Positions 48,488-58,819 are shown, counted from the first letter of the stretch. The stretch is DNA of 64,000 nt from Sphingobacterium thalpophilum (GCA_943371235.1 CALRTZ010000003.1:32138-96137); one strand, 5' to 3'. Numbers and translations are program-made. The notes: generated by a model not told the origin, from the letters alone.

Positions 48488-49078
48488 TTATTGTACATTC
48501 TGTAATTGGTGAACATAAAGAACAATTTTCCAACGTTCTTCAGGAGTAATTTGCGAAGCGTGTGGGCCCATTAAGTTTACTCCGTAGGTAATAGTGTGGT
48601 AAATTTTACCATCTGTTAAATCTTTCATCGCTCCGCCTCTAGACGATGTTCCGGTTGAGTATGATGGTGGCGGCGGGAATTTTCCTGCTGCAACTATAGA
48701 ACCATCGCCTTTACCTTGTGCACCGTGGCAGTGTGAGCAAAAGTTAGTATATAATTTTTGGCCTTCGGCAAGTAAAGTTGTATCGTTAGCAAAAGGATTT
48801 ACTAACTCTGCACTTGCTTTTGTGTAACCATCAATATTATTATCATACGCAAATTTAGTGAAGCCAACTGGTACAGTACCTGCAACAGGTGTTTGTGCCG
48901 TTTGACCGTTTTTAAATTGCTCATTTTTTTGATCAGGGTTGTATGCAATTGGATGATACATATTTGGTGCATACTCGTATCCTGGATTCTCTTTGCTATG
49001 GTAGCATGACGATAGTGAGCCAACTACTAAAGCAGCCACTAGAGCGAATGAAAGGATCTTGATATTATTCTTCATCAT
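48488..49078 (-). CDS. actE: Alternative Complex III monoheme cytochrome c subunit ActE
   Basis: Lipoprotein-type signal (..LSSC) and a single CSHCH heme motif. Confidence 0.85.
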   Translation of the reverse strand: MMKNNIKILSFALVAALVVGSLSSCYHSKENPGYEYAPNMYHPIAYNPDQKNEQFKNGQTAQTPVAGTVPVGFTKFAYDNNIDGYTKASAELVNPFANDTTLLAEGQKLYTNFCSHCHGAQGKGDGSIVAAGKFPPPPSYSTGTSSRGGAMKDLTDGKIYHTITYGVNLMGPHASQITPEERWKIVLYVHQLQNVQ

Positions 49079-49604
49079 AGCTAATGTATTTTCTTTCGTT
49101 ATGTTTTATTTCAACAGCACCTGCTTCTTTTAACAAAGCATCTACCGAATTAATATCATTTGTTTTAGCATCAATAGCTACCACGAATCTATCGTCTGTT
49201 GCGCGTAAATCCATTACTCTAGGAGCTCTTCCTGGGAATAAGTGGTTTGCATAAAAGAAGGTAAATACCATGCCGTATGCACAAAACAATACCGTTAACT
49301 CAAACATTACCGGAATAAAATCTGGGAATGCAAATGCTGGTTTACCACCAATATTCATTGGCCAATCTACCACCAACATGTAATACACCATGGTGAAAGC
49401 TGTAATGGTACCTGTAATACCAAACAAGAATGCAGCAATTGGTAAACGTGAACGTTTGATGCCTAATTTATTTTCGATTCCGTGGATCGGGAATGGGGTG
49501 AACACATCATGTATTTTGATGTTGCTCGCTTGCAATTTATCGATCCCGTTCATTAAAACTTCCGGATCGTCAAAATGTCCTAAAATATATTTAATGTTAC
49601 TCAT
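49065..49604 (-). CDS. actD: Alternative Complex III membrane subunit ActD (DUF3341)
   Basis: Start set at ATG 49604 ([13 protein letters not shown]), giving an ATGAGTAA overlap with the actC stop. Two TM helices. Confidence 0.8.
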   Translation of the reverse strand: MSNIKYILGHFDDPEVLMNGIDKLQASNIKIHDVFTPFPIHGIENKLGIKRSRLPIAAFLFGITGTITAFTMVYYMLVVDWPMNIGGKPAFAFPDFIPVMFELTVLFCAYGMVFTFFYANHLFPGRAPRVMDLRATDDRFVVAIDAKTNDINSVDALLKEAGAVEIKHNERKYISYDEE

Positions 49605-51066
49605 CTTTCTTTTCGTTCTTGATGGTTGCTGTTGTTGCAATAACTATACTATTTTCAAAACCTGCAGGTACATGTGCATGTCCTTCTTTTATCATCTTAC
49701 GTTTAGATTGCTCAGAAGATCCTTTCAACAATAATTTCACCTCTGCCATTGCAATTGCTGGTAATACTCGTAAGAACAATAAGAATAAAGTAAAGAATAA
49801 ACCTAATGAACCTATGAAGATTGCCACGTCTACCCATGTAGGATAGAACATTGCCCAACTTGATGGTAAGTAATCTCTGTGTAATGAAGTAACAATAATT
49901 ACGAAACGCTCGAACCACATACCGATGTTAACGAAGATTGATAAAACCCAAGATGCAACGATGCTTGTTCTGATTTTTTTGAACCAGAAAAGTTGTGGTG
50001 AAATTACGTTACACGTAATCATCGACCAGTATGCCCACCAGTATGGACCAGTAGCACGGTTAATAAATGCGTATTGCTCGTATTCAACACCTGAGTACCA
50101 AGCGATGAAAAATTCTGTTCCGTATGCAACACCTACGATAGATCCGGTAAGGATGATGATTTTATTCATCGACTCGATGTGAGCCATCGTAATGTAGTTT
50201 TCGAAGTTTAATACTTTACGTGCAATTAATAATAATGTTTGTACCATCGCAAAACCCGAGAAGATCGCTCCTGCCACAAAGTATGGAGGGAAGATGGTAG
50301 TGTGCCATCCTGGTATTACTGAAGTAGCAAAGTCAAAAGATACGATTGTGTGTACCGAAAGTACCAGTGGTGTAGATACACCTGCCAATATCAACGATAC
50401 GGTTTCAAAACGTTGCCATGATTTTACTGATCCGTTCCATCCGAAAGATAAAACTGAATATATTCTTCTGCGTAAGCCTTGTGCTCTATCGCGAATAGTT
50501 GCAATGTCTGGTAATAAACCCGTGTACCAAAATACTAAGGATACAGAGAAGTATGTTGAGATCGCAAATACGTCCCATACCAACGGTGAGTTAAAGTTCA
50601 CCCATAAAGAACCGAATTGGTTCGGTAATGGTAATGGCCAGTATGCTACCCATGGGCGACCCATGTGAGCCACAATAAACGATGCCGCACAAATAACGGC
50701 GAAGATCGTCATTGCTTCTGCAGATCTGTTAATGGAGTTTCTCCAGTTCTGACGGAACAAAAGTAAGATTGCTGAGATTAAGGTACCCGCGTGACCGATA
50801 CCTACCCACCAAACGAAGTTGGTGATGTCCCATGCCCAACCTACAGTTTTGTTCAATCCCCAGGCTCCAATACCTGTCCAGAAAGTGTAACCTACTGCAA
50901 CTAACCATAAGGTTAATCCTAGTACTGCTACCGTGAACCCCATCCACCAAGCTCTGCTTGGCATTCTTTCTACTGGTGCACAAACATCTTCCGTAATTTT
51001 ATTATAGGTGATGTCTGTTCCCGTAATTAACGGTTCTCTTATTATTGATTCGTGATGTGATGACAT
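49597..51066 (-). CDS. actC: Alternative Complex III quinol-interacting membrane subunit ActC (NrfD/PsrC family)
   Basis: Ten-helix NrfD-like protein located between actB and actD. Confidence 0.9.
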   Translation of the reverse strand: MSSHHESIIREPLITGTDITYNKITEDVCAPVERMPSRAWWMGFTVAVLGLTLWLVAVGYTFWTGIGAWGLNKTVGWAWDITNFVWWVGIGHAGTLISAILLLFRQNWRNSINRSAEAMTIFAVICAASFIVAHMGRPWVAYWPLPLPNQFGSLWVNFNSPLVWDVFAISTYFSVSLVFWYTGLLPDIATIRDRAQGLRRRIYSVLSFGWNGSVKSWQRFETVSLILAGVSTPLVLSVHTIVSFDFATSVIPGWHTTIFPPYFVAGAIFSGFAMVQTLLLIARKVLNFENYITMAHIESMNKIIILTGSIVGVAYGTEFFIAWYSGVEYEQYAFINRATGPYWWAYWSMITCNVISPQLFWFKKIRTSIVASWVLSIFVNIGMWFERFVIIVTSLHRDYLPSSWAMFYPTWVDVAIFIGSLGLFFTLFLLFLRVLPAIAMAEVKLLLKGSSEQSKRKMIKEGHAHVPAGFENSIVIATTATIKNEKKDE

Positions 51067-51090
51067 ACGATTTGGTTTTATTCTTAATTA

Positions 51091-54000
51091 TTATGCTTCA
51101 ATTGTGTTTCTTACTTTGGTCATGTAACCAACTCCTGGTAGAACGTTGATTTCTTCTAACACGTAGTAAGTTCTATCACTCTTAATTAATTTTGCAACTT
51201 CAGATGCTGGGTCGTTCATATCACCAAATACAATTGCATTTGCTGGGCAACCTTGCTGACAAGCTGATTGAACATCGCCATCTTTCAATGGGCGTTTTTC
51301 AATTTTAGCTTCTAACTTACCTGCCTGAATTCTTTGTGCACAGAATGAACATTTTTCCATTACCCCACGTGAACGTGTAGTAACATCTGGGTTCAAGGCT
51401 AAGTATGCTGCTTCATCATGTAAGTAGTTTACAAAACGATCATCGTTCCAGTAGTTAAACCAGTTGAAACGACGTACTTTGTACGGACAGTTGTTTGCGC
51501 AATAACGAGTTCCTACACAACGGTTGTAAGCCATTTGGTTTAAGCCTTCTGATGAGTGCATCGTTGCTAATACCGGACAAACTGTTTCACATGGTGCATG
51601 GTCGCAATGTTGGCACATCATTGGTTGATGTACAACTGTTACGTTCTCATAATTTGCAACATTCGAATATTCTTTTTCTTTGTTGATTATTTTACCCTCT
51701 GCAGATTCGTATGAATAATAACGATCAATACGTATCCAGTGCATTTCTCTTCTACGTCTTACTTCATCTCTACCTACAACTGGTACGTTGTTCTCTGCAC
51801 TACATGCTACCACACATGCTCCACAACCTGTACACGAGTTTAAGTCTACTGCCATTGCCCAGTGGTGACCGTTGTATTTATAGTCTGGCCATAATTCTGG
51901 TTTAACATGTCCTTCTCCGTGTGCACCGTGCTCATCATGCGCTTCATGCGACGTGTATTCTTTCAACGATTTCTCGCGGATAATATCACGACCTTCAATA
52001 GTATGGTGAGTTTGTGTTTGAGCTAATTCGTATGCTTCTGATGTTGCGTTTACCGTAACATTAGAATTGTAGTATTGGAAAGTTCCGTTGATGATAGAAA
52101 CCATTGGGTATGCATTTACACCCACGTTGTTTCCTGCTTTACCAGCTGCTGTACGTCCGTAACCAATTGCAATACCAATGGTACCGCTTGCTTGGCCTGG
52201 TTGCATTAACACTGGCAATAACACTTTCGTATTTCCTACAGCTACTTCTACTTTTGTATTTTCTTTGATGCCTAATTCCGCAGCGTACTGTGGGTTAATG
52301 GCAGCATAGTTGTCCCAAGTTACTTTAGAAACTGGATCTGGTAATTCTAATAACCAAGGGTTGTTTGCATGGTGACCGTCTCTCAACTGAACAGATTCGT
52401 ATAAGAACAATTCTGTTTTACCTGCATTTTTAGAAGCGTTTTTAATAGTTTCTGCAACTGCCGATAAGTTGTTGTTGAAAGAGTAAGCTTGTGGAGTAGC
52501 CATTGCGGTTACTACCACTCCTTTTTGTAATGTTGCATCCCAGAATGCTGAGAAACCTGCAAAACCACCTGCTTGTGGGTAAATGTTTTTCTCCCAGTAA
52601 TTTCTTACGTAAGTAAAATAATCTGCGTTCGCATCTGCCCAAGTTAATAAAGATGCTTGTGCTTGGCGAGTATTGTATACTGGTGATATAGTTGGTTGTA
52701 CTACAGAGTACACACCACGTTTTGCAGAAACATCACTCCAAGATTCTAGGTAGTGGTTGTTTGGTGCAATTACATCACATAACATTGCAGTTTCGTCTGC
52801 ACGATCTGCGAATGAAATTTTAGTTTTTACTTTCTTCAATGCTTCGGTAAACTCAGCATTGTTTGCATACCCGTAAACTGGGTTAGCTCCGTAGAATATA
52901 ATTGCATCTACTCGGCCTGCATTCATCTCTTTTACAAGGTCGATCATTTCTGCATCGTTTCCTTGTTTTTGGTTCGATGCATTATCTAAATCGATAGTAG
53001 CACCGTAGTTTCCTAATAAAGAGTTTATAGCGTTTACAGTAACTTGTACCGAAACATCGTTAGAACCACATACTACTAATGATTTGCCTTTGGCATTCCA
53101 TAATTCAGCTGCGGTTTCGTTTATAATTTTTTCAAATCTTACTGCTGCGCCCGAAACCGTTGCTGCGCCAGCCTTTGCAGCTACTGCATTGTATAATGCT
53201 AATATTGCTAAACCTTGCTCAGATGGTTTGTGTGCATAACGTGCATCGGCGTTTGTACCGGTTGTACTCAATATCGTTTCGAACTGAATGTGACGCGACA
53301 TTTTTTTCGACTCTAAACTCTTATTGTTTCTGTTAGAAACATATTGTTTAGTAAACTCAACTGGAGAAATCCAAGTACCTAAGAAATCTGCACCAAAACT
53401 TACAATTACGTCTGCCTTATCAAAATTATAAGAAGGAACTACTGCTTTACCAAAGCTGTTGTTGTTAGCGTTGATCATACCAGAGTATGATGATGCATCA
53501 AACGTGATGTGTTTTGTTGAAGGATATTTTGTTGCAAAATCAGCGATTACCGATTTTGTTGATGGACTCATAATAGTGTTAGAAACAATACGAACATTTG
53601 TTGCGGTTGCTAAGGCTGCTTTCACATATTTATCAACTGCATCCCAAGTAGATTCTGCATTGTTTAACATTGGATTTTTTAAACGAGATGAATCGTATAA
53701 ATCTAATACCGATGCTTGCGCAACTGCGTCTGTTCCACCTTTAGAAATAGGATCGTTCGGGTTACCTTCAATTTTAATTGGGCGACCTTCGCGAGTTTTT
53801 ACCAATACCCCTAAACCATTATAGTTTGATGTATAATAGTTAGCAATACCTGGTGTAATTTCTTCTGGCTTTATTAAGTAAGGAATTGCTTTTTTCACCG
53901 GTGCTTCGTTACAAGCTGCCAATGCTACTGCACTCATTCCAAATCCTAATGCCTTTAAGAAATCTCTACGAGGTGTAGGGTTATTTACTTTCGACTCGGA

Positions 54001-54117
54001 TAATAATTCGTCAATTGGAAGTTCTTCGGCAAACTCGTTTTTGCTAAGCTTCACGAATTCGGGAGATTGATTCAACTCCTCTAAACCTTTCCAATATTTT
54101 TTAGTGTTATTTTCCAT
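51091..54117 (-). CDS. actB: Alternative Complex III subunit ActB (fused molybdopterin-oxidoreductase-like and 4Fe-4S ferredoxin domains)
   Basis: Twin-arginine signal RRDFLKALG. Cys clusters CTGCGACVVAC, CQHCDHAPCETVCP and CVGTRYCANNCP. Confidence 0.9.
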   Translation of the reverse strand: MENNTKKYWKGLEELNQSPEFVKLSKNEFAEELPIDELLSESKVNNPTPRRDFLKALGFGMSAVALAACNEAPVKKAIPYLIKPEEITPGIANYYTSNYNGLGVLVKTREGRPIKIEGNPNDPISKGGTDAVAQASVLDLYDSSRLKNPMLNNAESTWDAVDKYVKAALATATNVRIVSNTIMSPSTKSVIADFATKYPSTKHITFDASSYSGMINANNNSFGKAVVPSYNFDKADVIVSFGADFLGTWISPVEFTKQYVSNRNNKSLESKKMSRHIQFETILSTTGTNADARYAHKPSEQGLAILALYNAVAAKAGAATVSGAAVRFEKIINETAAELWNAKGKSLVVCGSNDVSVQVTVNAINSLLGNYGATIDLDNASNQKQGNDAEMIDLVKEMNAGRVDAIIFYGANPVYGYANNAEFTEALKKVKTKISFADRADETAMLCDVIAPNNHYLESWSDVSAKRGVYSVVQPTISPVYNTRQAQASLLTWADANADYFTYVRNYWEKNIYPQAGGFAGFSAFWDATLQKGVVVTAMATPQAYSFNNNLSAVAETIKNASKNAGKTELFLYESVQLRDGHHANNPWLLELPDPVSKVTWDNYAAINPQYAAELGIKENTKVEVAVGNTKVLLPVLMQPGQASGTIGIAIGYGRTAAGKAGNNVGVNAYPMVSIINGTFQYYNSNVTVNATSEAYELAQTQTHHTIEGRDIIREKSLKEYTSHEAHDEHGAHGEGHVKPELWPDYKYNGHHWAMAVDLNSCTGCGACVVACSAENNVPVVGRDEVRRRREMHWIRIDRYYSYESAEGKIINKEKEYSNVANYENVTVVHQPMMCQHCDHAPCETVCPVLATMHSSEGLNQMAYNRCVGTRYCANNCPYKVRRFNWFNYWNDDRFVNYLHDEAAYLALNPDVTTRSRGVMEKCSFCAQRIQAGKLEAKIEKRPLKDGDVQSACQQGCPANAIVFGDMNDPASEVAKLIKSDRTYYVLEEINVLPGVGYMTKVRNTIEA

Positions 54118-54153
54118 CTTATATATATGGTATCGAATAAATCTACAATAATA

Positions 54154-55434
54154 TTAATAGTGACATTTAACGCATTCCAAACCACCTAAAGCAGCAGCGG
54201 TAACTTTTTTACCGTTCTTAATGTCTTCGTGCGCTGCTAATACTTTATCGTAATAAGCATTGCCTTTAGAATTAACTTCTGTTTGGCGGTGACAATCAAT
54301 ACACCATCCCATGGTTAGTGGAGAGTATTGGTAAACTTCGGCCATTTTCTCAATTGGTCCGTGGCATTTCTGACACTCTACTCCTGCAACAGTTGTATGT
54401 TGTGAGTGGTTGAAATAAGCGAAGTCTGGTAAGTTGTGGATACGTACCCACTCTACTGGTTTAGGATTGTTTCCGTACACACGAGTGTCTGGGTTGTAAT
54501 CTAAAGCAGTGTATATTTTTTGAATTTCTGGAGAAATGTTTCCATCGTATTTTTCGGTTGCTTGAACGTAGTTGTGACAGTTCATACAAACGTTTAACGA
54601 AGGAATACTTGCATTCTTAGATTTGAACGCACCCGAGTGGCAATACTGGCAATTTACTTGGTTAATGCCTGCGTGTAACTCGTGCGAGAATTTAATTGGT
54701 TGTACTGGTTGGTAACCTGTGTTTACATTGATGTTCCACATTTGGTTCCAGCCCCAAGCACTAAACACACCCATAAATATGACGATGAACCAGAATACTT
54801 TTTTCTTGTTCAACAACATCCATTTAAAGTTGCTTACTTTTTCTTTTACTGCGGCAACAATGGTTTCAATTACTTCACCGTTCTTTACACGTATTAATCT
54901 TTCTAATGAACCGATTACTCTGTTCAATACAAGAATTACTACAATTAACACAACGATTAATAAAATGATACCACCAATGGTATAGTTGTTAAACTTAGCA
55001 CCGTCGGTACTTGTTCCAGCAGCAGCAGCTCCAGGAGCAGCAGCCGTTGCAGCAGGCGCATCGCCCTCTGCTTTAATGTACGCTAATAAGCCGTCTAACT
55101 CAGCATCTGTTAAGTTTTGGTTAGGCATTACGGTTTGGTTGTACTCTTGGTACAATGCAGCCGCATACTTGTCGCCACCTTTAATTACTGATTGCGAGTT
55201 CAAGATGAACTTCTTCAATAATGCTTTGTCTGGCCATCTGTCTGCAACGCCTTTTAACGCCGGACCAATAACCTTACGCCCTACGGCATGGCAAGAAGTA
55301 CAATTCGCTTTGAAAATACTTTCACCCACTTTCACATCTTGCGCGTTAACATTGGTTAAGCTCAAAACGAAACTCATTAAAATGAAAATGGTACGAATGG
55401 ATAACTTTTTAGTAATGGAGAGATGAAAACCCAT
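54154..55434 (-). CDS. actA: Alternative Complex III multiheme cytochrome c subunit ActA (with N-terminal monoheme cytochrome c domain)
   Basis: Six CxxCH motifs (CTSCH, CQYCH, CMNCH, CQKCH, CIDCH, CVKCH) and one TM segment. Confidence 0.9.
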   Translation of the reverse strand: MGFHLSITKKLSIRTIFILMSFVLSLTNVNAQDVKVGESIFKANCTSCHAVGRKVIGPALKGVADRWPDKALLKKFILNSQSVIKGGDKYAAALYQEYNQTVMPNQNLTDAELDGLLAYIKAEGDAPAATAAAPGAAAAGTSTDGAKFNNYTIGGIILLIVVLIVVILVLNRVIGSLERLIRVKNGEVIETIVAAVKEKVSNFKWMLLNKKKVFWFIVIFMGVFSAWGWNQMWNINVNTGYQPVQPIKFSHELHAGINQVNCQYCHSGAFKSKNASIPSLNVCMNCHNYVQATEKYDGNISPEIQKIYTALDYNPDTRVYGNNPKPVEWVRIHNLPDFAYFNHSQHTTVAGVECQKCHGPIEKMAEVYQYSPLTMGWCIDCHRQTEVNSKGNAYYDKVLAAHEDIKNGKKVTAAALGGLECVKCHY

Positions 55435-55526
55435 ATCTGTTGATAATTAATATCTTAAATTAATAATTCTAATAATTGTACTAAAAAAAACTTTCTAAAC
55501 GGGCTTTAAATACACGTTTAGAGTGG

Positions 55527-55534
55527 CAAAAATA
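55527..55534 (-). promoter_or_regulatory. candidate Bacteroidota -7 promoter element (TAnnTTTG) for the act-cox operon
   Basis: The minus strand reads TATTTTTG about 90 nt upstream of the actA ATG. Motif match only. Confidence 0.25.
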
Positions 55535-55666
55535 GGATTTTATTTGATTCTGTTGACAATTTTCTGACATTTAAACTTATTTTGAATGAGTCTAAATAGC
55601 AATGTATTTATCAAGTATTAGAACAAATTTTTTAAACCAAAAAAAATCTCCAAAAATAAGAACTAA

Positions 55667-56644
55667 TTACTGCCCAAGTATCCACGCAAAAATAAGAGGA
55701 GCTACAATGGTAGCATCAGACTCTACAATAAATTTTGGTGTATTAATATCTAATTTTCCCCAAGTTATTTTTTCGTTAGGTACTGCGCCAGAGTAACTTC
55801 CGTAAGAAGTAGTAGAATCTGAAATTTGGCAGAAGTAACTCCAGAACGGAACATCGTGCCATTCTAAATCTTGGTACATCATAGGTACTACACAAATTGG
55901 GAAATCGCCGGCAATACCGCCACCAATTTGAAAGAAGCCTACGCCTTTACCTCCAGAGTTTGCTCTGTACCATTCGCTTAACCAAATCATGTATTCAATT
56001 CCGCTCTTCATGGTGCTTGTTTTAAGCTCGCCTTTAATGCAGTACGAGGCAAAAATATTTCCCATGGTAGAGTCTTCCCATCCAGGTACAATAATTGGAA
56101 TGTTGCGTTCGGCAGCAGCAATCATCCAAGAGTTTTTAGGATCAATTTCATAGTATTGTTCCATCTCACCAGATAAAAGCATTTTGTACATGTACTCATG
56201 CGGAAGGTAGCGTTCCCCAGCCTCTTCGGCCATTTTCCATTGTTTAAATATGTGTTTTTGAATGCGGCGGAATGCCTCTTCTTCGGGTATACAAGTATCG
56301 GTTACACGGTTAAATCCATGCTCTAACAAATCCCACTCCTCTTGCGGACTTAAATCGCGGTAATTAGGCACACGCTTGTAGTGCGAGTGTGCTACGAGGT
56401 TCATAATGTCTTCTTCGAGATTGGCACCGGTACAAGAGATGATGTCTACTTTCCCTTGGCGAATCATTTCTGCAAATGAAATTCCGAGTTCGGCAGTACT
56501 CATAGCACCGGCAAGGGTAACCATCATTTTACCACCTTCTAATAAGTGTGTTTCGTACCCTTTGGCAGCATCTAAAAGCGCCGCCGCGTTAAAGTGTAAA
56601 TAATTTTTCTCGATGAATTGAGAGATAGGACCTTTTGTTGACAT
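55667..56644 (-). CDS. deoxyhypusine synthase family protein
   Basis: NAAALLDAAKGY ... ISCTGANLEEDI ... VPGWEDSTMGN pattern of DHS-like NAD-binding enzymes. Start moved to ATG 56644 (MSTKGP), because the ORF-track extension translates a gaattgt array. Confidence 0.85.
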   Translation of the reverse strand: MSTKGPISQFIEKNYLHFNAAALLDAAKGYETHLLEGGKMMVTLAGAMSTAELGISFAEMIRQGKVDIISCTGANLEEDIMNLVAHSHYKRVPNYRDLSPQEEWDLLEHGFNRVTDTCIPEEEAFRRIQKHIFKQWKMAEEAGERYLPHEYMYKMLLSGEMEQYYEIDPKNSWMIAAAERNIPIIVPGWEDSTMGNIFASYCIKGELKTSTMKSGIEYMIWLSEWYRANSGGKGVGFFQIGGGIAGDFPICVVPMMYQDLEWHDVPFWSYFCQISDSTTSYGSYSGAVPNEKITWGKLDINTPKFIVESDATIVAPLIFAWILGQ

Positions 56645-56675
56645 AGTTTTGTGTTGATGGGGCAAATGTAGTAAA

Positions 56676-56714
56676 TGAATTGTGAATTGTGAGTTGTGAA
56701 TTGTGAATTGTGGG
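56676..56714. repeat. gaattgt-family array; first 35 bp identical to 38207-38241
   Basis: tgaattgtgaattgtgagttgtgaattgtgaattgtggg, 31 nt upstream of the DHS-like start. Confidence 0.9.
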
Positions 56715-56770
56715 TGCAGGAATTCAGGGACCGACATGTGTGGTTGAGATGATAAAAGGGAATACCATCA

Positions 56771-56810
56771 AGCTAGCACCCATTAGCACACTAGCATACT
56801 AGCACACTAA
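56771..56810. repeat. ctagcaca-family array, direct-repeat copy A
   Basis: agctagcacccattagcacactagcatactagcacactaa. Its first 38 nt are identical to 57053-57090. Confidence 0.9.
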
Positions 56811-56975
56811 CTACGCTTTATTGCGGGCATAATCCACATACGTGCGGTACACCAATGTGTACACGGTAATGGCAAAAATAAATGCCCAGCCTTGTAGCAC
56901 GCCGATGATGAGTGCGTACATTACTAAAACAAGCGGTAAAATTATGGCGGTGTAATAGATGAATGGATTTTTCAT
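56811..56975 (-). CDS. possible small membrane protein (54 aa), not in the ORF track
   Basis: Hand translation: MKNPFIYYTAIILPLVLVMYALIIGVLQGWAFIFAITVYTLVYRTYVDYARNKA*. Two hydrophobic helices. Flanked by repeat arrays. Confidence 0.35.
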   Translation of the reverse strand: MKNPFIYYTAIILPLVLVMYALIIGVLQGWAFIFAITVYTLVYRTYVDYARNKA

Positions 56976-57018
56976 ACTTAATACGGGTTAGGGTAAAACG
57001 AATATAGGAATAAATTAT

Positions 57019-57037
57019 GAATTGTGAATTGTGAATT
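57019..57037. repeat. gaattgt-family array (short)
   Basis: gaattgtgaattgtgaatt. Confidence 0.8.
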
Positions 57038-57052
57038 TGGCAGCGAAGTACG

Positions 57053-57100
57053 AGCTAGCACCCATTAGCACACTAGCATACTAGCACACTAGCACACTAA
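57053..57100. repeat. ctagcaca-family array, direct-repeat copy B (one extra 8-bp unit)
   Basis: agctagcacccattagcacactagcatactagcacactagcacactaa. Confidence 0.9.
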
Positions 57101-57166
57101 AAATACCATCTAGTGGGTATACTCATTAATTATCATATAAATATTTTTGTAGAAAAAATAACAACT

Positions 57167-58819
57167 ATGTATTTCAAGAAAATTATTTCGCTCTCTTTAT
57201 TTTCGGTTTTAACGGTTAATGCTTTTGCGCAAGTACCGGTTTTGGTAAAAGACATTAATACTGCGGGCAACGGAAATCCGCAGAAGATTACGAATGTAAA
57301 CGGCACTTTATTTTTTGTGGGCAATACGGCGGCCAATGGAAACGAGCTATGGAAAAGTGATGGAACCGAACTGGGCACTACAATGGTAAAAGATATTAAT
57401 CCGGGAACTGCGAATCCTTCTATTGGAAAAATTACGAGTTATAATGGCCAGGTTTATTTCAGAGCATTTAACCCAACAGATGGCTACGAATTATGGAAGA
57501 GCGATGGTACCGAAGCGGGCACCGTAATACTTAAAGAATTTGCAGCAGGCAATGGAAACATAGATCCATCAAACATCATAGAATTTAACGGAAGCTTATA
57601 TTTCACAGAACGTAGCAGTACTGCAGGCGTTAATTTATGGAAGAGTGATGGTACCGAAGCAGGCACGGTATTGCTCCAAAATTTATACACCAGTGGCAAT
57701 GCAAGTAATGCTACGTACTTCGCCGTGATGAACAATACTTTGTATTTTATAGCGAGCGAAAATGCATTGTTCAGTTCCGACATTTGGAAAACAGATGGCA
57801 CTGCAAACGGTACGAGTTTATTACTTACTATGAGCGGACAAACTGGTGAATTAATTGTGGTGGGTACTAAATTATTTTTTGGCTATGCAGGCGAAGGCGG
57901 TGCGGGTACAGGTAAAGGTTTATATGTAAGTGATGGCTTGGTAAACGGTACCTATCGTATAAAAGAATTGGATTTAACGAACATGATAAACTTCCCAACG
58001 AATGGAACGGCGATATCTTTTAAAAACGAATTAATATTTACGGCAAAAGATGCTATCAATGGTGAAGAACTTTGGAAGAGTGATGGAACAGAATCAGGCA
58101 CTGTATTAGTTAAAGATGTAAGAGCAGGAATGGAAAACGGACTTGATGCCTTGCCGTTTTTAACCAAAGGAACTGCGAACGAATTTTATTTTATATCTGC
58201 AGATGAAAATGGAAACAGAGAATTGTGGGTAAGCGATGGAAGTACTGCAGGCACTACTTTGCTCGACACTCCAAATGCAGGTTCAATTAGTCCGGCGAAT
58301 TTATATGCTTACAACGGATATTTATTTTACAGAGCACGCTCTAGTGTATTTGCTACTGGCGACGAATTATGGAGAACAGATGGAACGAGAGCGGGTACCA
58401 AAATGTTGGTCGATTTTTGGCAAGGAATAAATTCATCATCGCCAAGTAATTTCTGCGGAGCAAACAATACTTTATACTTTAATGCAAACAACGGAACGGC
58501 AGGTGCAGAATTATACGCATTGGCTGTAACACCTGTGGGCACGGGGGTTTCTGAGGAGCACCTTAGTGAATTGAGGGTGTATCCGAATCCGGCGAAGCAC
58601 GTGGTGTGGATAGCGAAGAGCGGGGAACAGGGAGAGAGGAGCTTGGAGCATGGGGCGGGGAGCAGAGCTGTGCAATTTGAGATGTTTGATGTGAATGGGA
58701 GAATGGTGTTGAGAGGAGAGTTGGTGAAGGGTAGTGTGGATGTAAGCGGCTTGGAAGCGGGGGTGTATTTGATAAGGCTTGGAGATGGGAGTTATGCAAG
58801 GGTGGTGAAATCGAATTAG
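57167..58819 (+). CDS. secreted ELWxxDGT-repeat protein with T9SS C-terminal sorting domain
   Basis: Signal peptide MYFKKIISLSLFSVLTVNAFAQ (ATG 57167 preferred over GTG 57113). At least seven ELW(K/R/V)(S/T)DGTxxGT repeats. C-terminal RVYPNPAKHVV...GVYLIRL CTD. Confidence 0.8.
   Translation: MYFKKIISLSLFSVLTVNAFAQVPVLVKDINTAGNGNPQKITNVNGTLFFVGNTAANGNELWKSDGTELGTTMVKDINPGTANPSIGKITSYNGQVYFRAFNPTDGYELWKSDGTEAGTVILKEFAAGNGNIDPSNIIEFNGSLYFTERSSTAGVNLWKSDGTEAGTVLLQNLYTSGNASNATYFAVMNNTLYFIASENALFSSDIWKTDGTANGTSLLLTMSGQTGELIVVGTKLFFGYAGEGGAGTGKGLYVSDGLVNGTYRIKELDLTNMINFPTNGTAISFKNELIFTAKDAINGEELWKSDGTESGTVLVKDVRAGMENGLDALPFLTKGTANEFYFISADENGNRELWVSDGSTAGTTLLDTPNAGSISPANLYAYNGYLFYRARSSVFATGDELWRTDGTRAGTKMLVDFWQGINSSSPSNFCGANNTLYFNANNGTAGAELYALAVTPVGTGVSEEHLSELRVYPNPAKHVVWIAKSGEQGERSLEHGAGSRAVQFEMFDVNGRMVLRGELVKGSVDVSGLEAGVYLIRLGDGSYARVVKSN

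Noticed and set aside
57113-57166. GTG-initiated 18-codon extension of the ELWxxDGT protein
   Set aside because: The ATG at 57167 is followed immediately by a canonical signal peptide. The extension would bury that signal peptide.
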